Assembly: GCF_000012285.1 (NCBI RefSeq)
Contig: NC_007181.1
Coordinates: forward strand, 1 to 32,000
DNA length: 32,000 nt
Origin: Sulfolobus acidocaldarius DSM 639
GTDB lineage: Archaea > Thermoproteota > Thermoprotei_A > Sulfolobales > Sulfolobaceae
Reading direction: 5' to 3'
The position numbers and the translations under genes were made by a program. Below the pieces are notes generated by a model that worked only from the letters and a program-made list of their open reading frames with translations, was not told where the DNA came from and made no database searches. Position 1 is the stretch's first letter; each line of letters begins with the position of its first letter. This document shows, one piece after another, positions 25,618 to 32,000 of the stretch.

Positions 25618-26484
25618 TCAAATCAAATCTATGTTAAACACTTTAGGTAAAATGCCCCTTTCATGTGTTATAGAATAGAATTTCTCTAAACCTCTTTTAA
25701 CCTCTGGAAGTGGCACATTATACTCCTGTATGTCAGCCCATATGGTTTTTCTTATAATCTCCTCATCTAAATTTGTCTTATGGGCATCAGCCATTATCTT
25801 AGCATCTATTTTAATTATTTCATCGATATGCTTCTCTGCATAATGCTTACTTTTCACATAAGCCTCCTTAAACTTCATAGCTAATTCTCTGCCAATGTCC
25901 TTACTGATTACAACTAATCCCATAGGCATTGGTGTATCTCCTGCTAACTGTTTCCATAGATCCCACATACTTATTATTCTGTTGACTTTTACGCCTAGTT
26001 TTTCTAATGCATACATCATCTTCAACTCATGAACTGCAACTAACACATCTCCTTCCTTCCCAAGTGCCTTGATCTCGTCGAGAACATTCTTTATTATAAC
26101 CAGTTTCCTGTACTTACCAATAAGGAGTTTATAAAGAGTAAAAGCAGTTGTATTATGACCATGCACTATTAACCTGGAGTTTTTTATTTCATCTACCTTT
26201 ATGGGATTGATGGATATCACAGGCATACCAGTTATCCCGTCTATTGCAGAAGCAACAGCCTCTCCAAGGATATAATAATCATTCTGTATATATGGATACA
26301 TCGCAGCAGAAGGTACTGCGACATCTACATCCTTCTTTAGTACTTTTTCATTAGTATCTTGAACTGTAGAGATTATTTCGAATTCTAGATTGATTCCCTC
26401 TGGCTTTACCATTCCCTCTATAAGTGGTATGAATGGATACAGATCACCTGAGTCCGCTAATGGACCAATTTTTATTGTTGTCAT
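25618..26484 (-). CDS. MqnA/MqnD-family protein (periplasmic-binding-protein fold, PF02621-like)
   Basis: 288 aa. LIVHGHNTTAFTLYKLL, VAVHELKMMYALEKLGV and TPMPMGLVVISKDIG align with the MqnD blocks PGxxTTAxLLL, IIHE and LPLPLG as I recall them. Confidence 0.78.
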   Translation of the reverse strand: MTTIKIGPLADSGDLYPFIPLIEGMVKPEGINLEFEIISTVQDTNEKVLKKDVDVAVPSAAMYPYIQNDYYILGEAVASAIDGITGMPVISINPIKVDEIKNSRLIVHGHNTTAFTLYKLLIGKYRKLVIIKNVLDEIKALGKEGDVLVAVHELKMMYALEKLGVKVNRIISMWDLWKQLAGDTPMPMGLVVISKDIGRELAMKFKEAYVKSKHYAEKHIDEIIKIDAKIMADAHKTNLDEEIIRKTIWADIQEYNVPLPEVKRGLEKFYSITHERGILPKVFNIDLI

Positions 26485-26512
26485 AACTCTATATCAATAA
26501 GTGATCTAAAAA

Positions 26513-27022
26513 ATGCTTGTTTCAATTGGTTCCAAGAATAAGGTAAAAATAGAGGCAGTTCGTGAAGCGATAATGCGTATAGGTTTAAATGCTGAAGTTA
26601 TTTCTGTGGAAGTAAGTCCTGAAGTTCCTTTACAGCCCTTTGGTCATCAGACTTTCATAGGAGCTAGAAATAGAGCGTTTAAGTCCTTAAAAGAAACTGA
26701 TTCTGATATAGGTATAGGAATAGAAGGGGGAGTATTTAGCTACGAGAATAGGTTAATGGCGTTTGCAGTGGTCTATGCTGTAGACAGAAATGGTCTCGAG
26801 AATTTTTCGTTTTCTACTTCCTTTACATTACCAACAAGTATAACATCCCTTATATTTCAAGGGAAGGAGTTAGGAGAGGCTACGGATATAGTTTTCTCTG
26901 CCAAGGGGAGTAAGGAGAATGAAGGTGCTATAGGATATCTAACTAAAGTCATCAATAGAAAAGAGCTTTATGTACAGCCAGTAATAGCTGCACTTTATCC
27001 TTTCTATAATAACGTGGATTAG
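26513..27022 (+). CDS. inosine/xanthosine triphosphatase (YjjX / NTPase_I-T family)
   Basis: 169 aa. GSKNKVKIEAV...VSPEVPLQPFGHQTFIGARNRA...GIGIEGG. Confidence 0.85.
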   Translation: MLVSIGSKNKVKIEAVREAIMRIGLNAEVISVEVSPEVPLQPFGHQTFIGARNRAFKSLKETDSDIGIGIEGGVFSYENRLMAFAVVYAVDRNGLENFSFSTSFTLPTSITSLIFQGKELGEATDIVFSAKGSKENEGAIGYLTKVINRKELYVQPVIAALYPFYNNVD

Positions 27023-27672
27023 TAAATTTTTGTTCCTTTATTTAACTTCAGGAACTGTAAACTTATTTCTAATAACTCGAGCGGTCTCCTACTATTTGGT
27101 CTCTCCACAGTAGCTAAGTAGACACCGTGTTCCTCATGTACATTTTCTTTAGTAGGCTCTCCGTATGGCGAAAATAATATGAAATCGTCTACCTTACTCA
27201 AAAGTTCACCAATAAATCTATCAACCTTCTCATATAACTTACATTTATCTATTTTAGTATTTGAACTCAGTATCCTATCTAGCGCGGTAATGTCAGCTAT
27301 AACCGGCTTCTCTTGAATTTTAGATAATATACTTTTCTTAACTAATTCTATTTCTTTTTCAATTTCAACTTCAGCTCTATAATCTATCCCTATCTCCCCG
27401 TAGGTAGGGTTAGTAATAGGTATATTAACTAGAGTCGCACCAGTCATCTCCACTAATTTTAACTTACCAACACTACTCAAAAAGGTGTTTACACTGTGAT
27501 CGATCTTCATATCCAGAATACTTAGCCATGCTTGAGCAGGATGTTTATTAAGTGTCCTATTAACAACCACTCCTCTGTTAATGTCATTAAAGAGAGTCAA
27601 TAGAACACGTGGTTGACACTTCATAAAACTGGAGTAGCTTAAACTGTCAATCCCAATTAGCAGAGGTTTCAA
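27019..27672 (-). CDS. hypothetical protein, remotely alkaline-phosphatase-superfamily-like
   Basis: 217 aa, TTG start. LLIGIDSLSYS and DRFIGELL...ILFSPYGE...HEEHG resemble a type I phosphodiesterase layout, but metal ligands appear substituted. It starts 3 nt after the thioredoxin gene. Confidence 0.65.
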   Translation of the reverse strand: MKPLLIGIDSLSYSSFMKCQPRVLLTLFNDINRGVVVNRTLNKHPAQAWLSILDMKIDHSVNTFLSSVGKLKLVEMTGATLVNIPITNPTYGEIGIDYRAEVEIEKEIELVKKSILSKIQEKPVIADITALDRILSSNTKIDKCKLYEKVDRFIGELLSKVDDFILFSPYGEPTKENVHEEHGVYLATVERPNSRRPLELLEISLQFLKLNKGTKIY

Positions 27673-27675
27673 TTA

Positions 27676-28014
27676 CTATTCACCTAAAACAGACTTTAGC
27701 TTATTTTCGATAGTATCTCTAGGAACTGCACCCACTATTGTGTCAACTACCTTACCATTTTTAAATATGAGCACTGTGGGTAAGCTCATTATACCAAATT
27801 GGTTGGCTATATCACTATTTTCATCAGCATTTACTTTTCCAAAGCCTATTTGAGTATACTCAGACGCCAATTCCTCAATTATTGGGGAGAGGACAAAGCA
27901 TGGAGCACACCATTCAGCCCAAAAATCCACCACAGCTATTTTATGAGATTCTACAAACGAATTAAAATTACTTGAATTTAGTTCAATTACAGGACTGCTC
28001 TTGGTCTCAGGCAT
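27676..28014 (-). CDS. trxA: thioredoxin
   Basis: 112 aa. WAEWCAPC active site and a cis-Pro context (SLPTVLIF). Confidence 0.93.
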   Translation of the reverse strand: MPETKSSPVIELNSSNFNSFVESHKIAVVDFWAEWCAPCFVLSPIIEELASEYTQIGFGKVNADENSDIANQFGIMSLPTVLIFKNGKVVDTIVGAVPRDTIENKLKSVLGE

Positions 28015-28097
28015 AATTAGTTAATAGGTTATACTAGGAATTATATTTTTCCCATAAACATAAAATAATAGCGTATAAATAACTTTCTTGGCAAATC

Positions 28098-28811
28098 ATG
28101 AACATCTCAATTGTAGTTTCAACAAGGGATCCTGTCGGAGAAACTATTAAAAAATTAGGGTATAAATTTGAGGAAATTGACGAAGATGAGGTTGATTTCA
28201 GATTTGAGAGAGGTGATGCTATAGTCATTTTTTCGAAACATCAGAGTTCGTCTAAGACCCCAGCACTTACGGTTCATTATCCAGGAAATCCAAGCTCTCA
28301 GGTGTTAGGCGGAGAACCGGAAAAATTAGGGGTTGCATTTCCTAGGTTATTGACAGCAATCTTTAGGGAGATTAATAAACTTGATATACCAGTACAGAAA
28401 ACTTTAGAGGCTACTCATCACGGACCTACATACCAGAAAGTTCCTATAGTATTTGTTGAAGTTGGGAGTGATCCTACCTATTGGGGTAACGAGAAGATAG
28501 TAAAGAGTTTAGTGGAATCTACCTTATCAGCTATAGATAAGGTATCGTCATTGTATTGCGAAGAGATTATAGTAGGCTTTGGTGGTCCTCATTACGCTCC
28601 ATATTTCTCTAAGCTAGGAGAAAAAGTTTGCATTGGTCATATAATTTCCAAGTATTATTTGGCTTCAATTAAAGATACCACGATAATCCAGACTGTGGAG
28701 AAGTGTATGGAGAACGTAGATACTGTGGTATTTGATAGTGTACCTTTAAGTGTGAGAGACAAAGTTATGCATGTTCTAAAAGACAGGAATTTAAAATTTA
28801 AGTTTCATTAA
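28098..28811 (+). CDS. dtdA: D-aminoacyl-tRNA deacylase, archaeal DtdA type
   Basis: 237 aa. SKHQSS...LTVHYPGN...ATHHGPT...VFVEVGS are typical of DtdA. Confidence 0.88.
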
Positions 28812-29417
28812 AATCTCATTAGTTAATGTTAAGGCACCAATAGAAACTAACCTACAATCTTTTACATTTTGATTAAAACACTTTAAAATTGTCATACTGG
28901 CATTTGGCAATATTACACCTAGTCCTGAAAATTCATCAAGATCTAGAATGTAAGTGATTAGAGATTTTATAGGATCATGATGTGATACAACAATTACATT
29001 TTCTCTTGTACTTAAGATTGTTTCGGTGAAGTTTATTATCCTTTTAGTTAATTCATCCCATGATTCTAAATCTTTAGGTGTGTTAGATCTATTTTCGGCA
29101 ATTTTTTTCATTAACTCAATCATATTTACCTTCTTGTTATTTAATTCTCCAAGTCTTCTCTCCTTCAGTCTATCGTCTATTACGGTAACCAAGTTTAATC
29201 CTTCTGAGAGGATAGAAGCCGTCTGATAAGCTCTAAGAATTGGACTTGTGTAAATCTTAGAAAAATTAAGGAATATAATTTTCCTAACTTCATCTACTGC
29301 TCTTTTTGCCTGTCTTTGTCCTTCATCTGTTAATGGGTAAGAGTTTATATCATCAGATAGTATTTGTTGTGTATTTGCGTTCGACTGTGCATGCCTTATA
29401 AAGACTATAACTGTCAT
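28791..29417 (-). CDS. histidine phosphatase (phosphoglycerate mutase-like) family protein
   Basis: 208 aa. An N-terminal IRHAQS (RHG-type) motif and a second catalytic His in VVSHHDPI. Confidence 0.85.
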
Positions 29418-29613
29418 AGTTAAGACTATATGTGGTTACTTTTAAAATAAATTTTTCTCGATAAACCGCTCTTAGAATGTAATTATTTTAATAGATTATT
29501 TTCATCTTTATTCTATTGTATTGATGATTTATAATAATATAGTCGTAATACTAATGGATTGTATAAACATAAAGGAAAAGTTTTTATTTTCCATAACATA
29601 ATATTATAATGCT

Positions 29614-30108
29614 ATGCAAACCCAGTTCAATTTTATTTTAAATAAAACTGTTCATGTGATAAGAGAAGATGACTCTGTAAGATTTGCAGCAGAGGAAATG
29701 AAAAAACATAACATAGGCTCATTAATAGTAATAGATAATAGGGGTAAGGTCTCAGGTATAATAACCGAGAGAGATCTAGTAAGAGCTATTGCTGAAGGAA
29801 ATATAAACAGTACAGTAAGCAATTATATGACAAGAAATGTAATAGGGGTCACAGAGAATTTTGATCCTAATCAAGCCTTACAAGTAATGTTAGATCACGG
29901 GTTTAGGCATTTGCCTATAATAGGAAAAGATGGTAGAGTTAAAGGGATTCTAAGTATAAGGGATCTAGCAAGAACATTAATTGACCCGCACTATCTGACT
30001 TATGGTAAGGAGCCTGAGGAGGTTAGAGGTACAGGAATTGCATGCCCAGTTTGTGGAGTAGAGATAGACGAATACGGTTATTGTGGATGTGGTTCGGGTT
30101 CAGGGTAA
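29614..30108 (+). CDS. CBS-pair domain protein with a C-terminal zinc ribbon
   Basis: 164 aa. Two CBS motifs (GIITERDLVRA and GILSIRDLAR) and a CPVCG...YCGCG tail. Confidence 0.88.
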   Translation: MQTQFNFILNKTVHVIREDDSVRFAAEEMKKHNIGSLIVIDNRGKVSGIITERDLVRAIAEGNINSTVSNYMTRNVIGVTENFDPNQALQVMLDHGFRHLPIIGKDGRVKGILSIRDLARTLIDPHYLTYGKEPEEVRGTGIACPVCGVEIDEYGYCGCGSGSG

Positions 30109-30139
30109 TTTTTTATCTTTGAAATCATTTTTTGATATT

Positions 30140-30481
30140 ATGATAATATTCTATGCGGTTGGTGAAAGAGACAGAGCTAAAGAGTTAGTTAGGATAATAA
30201 CTAAAACAAGATGGAAAACAGTCTCAAAACATGCGATTAAAATAGCTAGTTCATCTGTAAGTGCTTCTATAGTTCTTTTTAAACCAACAAAATCGGGATT
30301 AGCTGTTGCATTATGGTTAAAGCAAAAGGCTGAAGAGTTAGGAATGATAGCATCAGTTGGTTGGTTCACGGAGATCTCTGATGTACCGCCAGACGTTGAA
30401 GAAGCGGTAAAGACAGATTTAAACAAACTACTTATGAGAGAACTGGAAGTTCCCTGGTCTCCAAAAGTCGTTCAGTCTTGA
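30140..30481 (+). CDS. hypothetical protein
   Basis: The ORF track gives 30083-30481. I prefer the ATG at 30140 (MIIFYAVGERDRAKE...). K/E-rich composition makes it more protein-like than the antisense ORF at 30151-30426. Confidence 0.5.
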   Translation: MIIFYAVGERDRAKELVRIITKTRWKTVSKHAIKIASSSVSASIVLFKPTKSGLAVALWLKQKAEELGMIASVGWFTEISDVPPDVEEAVKTDLNKLLMRELEVPWSPKVVQS

Positions 30482-32000
30482 CTTGTAACGTCTCATCACT
30501 CTTTGTGATTATTACATAGTCCACTATTCCATTCAGGTACTTTAGTACTCTTGAGAACCTCTTCTGGTCGAATGTCATAAATGACTCATCAATTATGAAG
30601 AATGGCGCTTTGAAGTATTCCTTCAGCCCTACTAGAATAAGTATTAAAGCTAACGTGGTTTTTTCTGATGTTGACAGTCTTCTTAACTCCATGGTTACTC
30701 CATCTTTCTTTATTACTAATCTATACTTTTCATCTATCTCAGCAGTATAATTGAACTCTAATTCTTTCAATATACTATTCGATAATGTCTCAAATTCTTC
30801 CTTAACTACAGTTAATCTTCTTATATACTCTCTATTTATATCATCTATCTGTTTGTTTATATCATCTATTTGCTTCTTAAGGCTTTCAATCTCCTCTGCA
30901 ACCTTCTTAGGAATACCTAACTGCTGTAATTGAAGTTCTAAATCACTTCTCCTCTTTCTCAGTTCTTCAATTCTCTTGTCAATGTCATTATCTTTGCTCT
31001 CGACCTCATAAGTAGATTCTACTCTTTCTTCTAAACTCTTTAATTGTTTCTGCAAAGCCTCAATTGTTCTGTTTATTACACTTGCCTCAATATTCAGATT
31101 TTCCAGCGCTTTACTCTTTTGCGCAATTAACTCCTCAGTTCTTTCTATTTCTTTTACTTTCTGTAATAACTCGCTTCTTCTCATTTTTTTCTTGTTGATG
31201 TTGTTTATGATGTCATTCTTTGTACGGTCTAATTCATTAATATCCTTCTTTACGGTTTCAAACCTAACTTTCCATAAATCTGGCTCTACTTTACTTCCAC
31301 AAACTGGACACATACTGGAGTGTATTCTCTCCGCTTCTTGTATATCTTGTAATATTCTAGTTAATACACCTTGTTCAATCTCTATTGAGTTCTGTCTGTT
31401 AATTAGTGAGTCTAACTCTCTATCTATCTCCTGAATTTCTTTTGTTAATTTATCCTTTAATTCAATGTTAGCTTTTCCCTTAAGTTCCTCTAACTCTTGG
31501 GTTAGTTTTTGTATTTTAGTTTCTTTTTCTTTCAATTCTTTAATTTTAGCCTGTATACGTTCCCTTATTTCAACTATTCTATTCTGTCTTGTTATCTTTA
31601 TGGTCTGTTCCGTCTGTACCGTCACATTTTCCTTTTCCTTTTCGAGCCTTTCAATTTCCAGATTTATGTTCTCTAATTCATTAGCAATTTTCTTTATATC
31701 GTCATAAGTTCTCAAAAGATTGTTGTAGTTGCTCTTTACCTCTTCCAATTTCATGATCAGACTCTCTCTTCTTCGCTTTAACTCATCAATTCTTGATGTC
31801 GAAGATATAAACCACTCTATATTTTCGTCTCCTGTTATTATCCTGGCTATCAATGGGTTTTCAGGTGAGAAGTATGATAGTAATGTTGCGTTCTTGTCAT
31901 CGGCTATTAAATTCTTTTCTTCTAAAATTCTATTTTTTATTCTCTTTAGCCTTCTAAAATATTTCTTGCCGTCCATTTCAATCTCTACAAAACCTTCATC
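30432..32000 (-). CDS. SMC/Rad50-like ABC ATPase with a CxxC zinc hook (C-terminal ~520 aa; the N-terminus lies beyond the window)
   Basis: The frame stays open to position 32000. Long heptad coiled coil, hook MCPVCGSKVEP, signature-like LSTSEK, Walker B FFIIDE. Confidence 0.85.
   Translation of the reverse strand, partial: DEGFVEIEMDGKKYFRRLKRIKNRILEEKNLIADDKNATLLSYFSPENPLIARIITGDENIEWFISSTSRIDELKRRRESLIMKLEEVKSNYNNLLRTYDDIKKIANELENINLEIERLEKEKENVTVQTEQTIKITRQNRIVEIRERIQAKIKELKEKETKIQKLTQELEELKGKANIELKDKLTKEIQEIDRELDSLINRQNSIEIEQGVLTRILQDIQEAERIHSSMCPVCGSKVEPDLWKVRFETVKKDINELDRTKNDIINNINKKKMRRSELLQKVKEIERTEELIAQKSKALENLNIEASVINRTIEALQKQLKSLEERVESTYEVESKDNDIDKRIEELRKRRSDLELQLQQLGIPKKVAEEIESLKKQIDDINKQIDDINREYIRRLTVVKEEFETLSNSILKELEFNYTAEIDEKYRLVIKKDGVTMELRRLSTSEKTTLALILILVGLKEYFKAPFFIIDESFMTFDQKRFSRVLKYLNGIVDYVIITKSDETLQVKTERLLETRELPVLS
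30835..30876. repeat. 21-nt tandem duplication (2 copies, 18/21 identical)
   Basis: TTTATATCATCTATCTGTTTG is followed directly by TTTATATCATCTATTTGCTTC. On the minus strand this encodes KQIDDIN-KQIDDIN in the coiled coil. Confidence 0.85.

Noticed and set aside
29521-29574. C/D-box-like spacing in the 196-nt divergent intergenic region: TTGATGA / 12 nt / TAGT / 8 nt / TAATGGA / 12 nt / AAAG.
   Set aside because: The 12-nt spacing looks attractive, but both D-type boxes (TAGT, AAAG) are unlike CUGA and the C box is degenerate. In such AT-rich sequence this is likely chance. The 29460-29575 segment remains functionally unassigned.
30151-30426. Minus-strand 91-aa ORF competing with the plus-strand ORF at 30083/30140-30481.
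   Set aside because: The plus-strand product has the K/E-rich, balanced composition of real proteins here. The minus-strand product is S/T/A/N-rich and low in complexity. Neither has a recognisable family, so the plus-strand call carries only moderate confidence.
1-32000. Search for CRISPR arrays, tRNA/rRNA genes, integrases, transposases, terminal inverted repeats or att-like direct repeats that would mark a mobile or defence island.
   Set aside because: I found none by eye. The only repeats seen are the 21-nt tandem duplication in the SMC-like gene and a 17-nt palindrome. There are no GC-rich structured-RNA-like segments, and the intergenic space is too small to hold such elements. The window reads as core chromosome.

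Overview
AT-rich, almost fully coding archaeal chromosome segment with Sulfolobales-type (crenarchaeal) features: A/T-rich TATA-like boxes about 25-28 nt upstream of start codons (the geometry of leaderless mRNAs), frequent GTG/TTG starts, and short start/stop overlaps within operons. It opens at the edge of a replication origin with an Orc1/Cdc6 initiator gene that resembles Cdc6-3. The rest is mainly core housekeeping. NAD metabolism genes (nadE plus a separate nitrilase-like subunit, Nudix, CobT-like, nadA, NAD kinase) are scattered over about 15 kb. There is an rRNA/tRNA maturation cluster (Nob1, Trm5/Taw2-like, DUF371, YhbY, RNase P Rnp4, Nep1), redox proteins (thioredoxin, TrxR-like FNR), house-cleaning NTPases, DtdA, and a partial SMC/Rad50-like ATPase running off the right end. 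I found no tRNA, rRNA, CRISPR array, integrase or transposase, so this looks like core chromosome and not an accessory island. The items not explained by the ORF track are listed here. (1) A well-formed C/D box sRNA at 2501-2550 whose two 12-nt guides both match one conserved 16S rRNA region. (2) An ArsR-led three-gene operon of unknown function next to the origin cluster. (3) A complete METTL5-like methyltransferase frame with no canonical start codon. (4) A pentein-fold-like protein that seems to lack the catalytic Cys, beside an orphan MqnA/MqnD-family gene. (5) A 48-codon membrane ORF with good promoter geometry in the largest gap. (6) A zinc-hook SMC-like paralog with deviant ATPase motifs. 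(7) 3'-3' overlap at 8 of the 9 convergent gene junctions. All family assignments come from motif recognition by eye and no database search was run.
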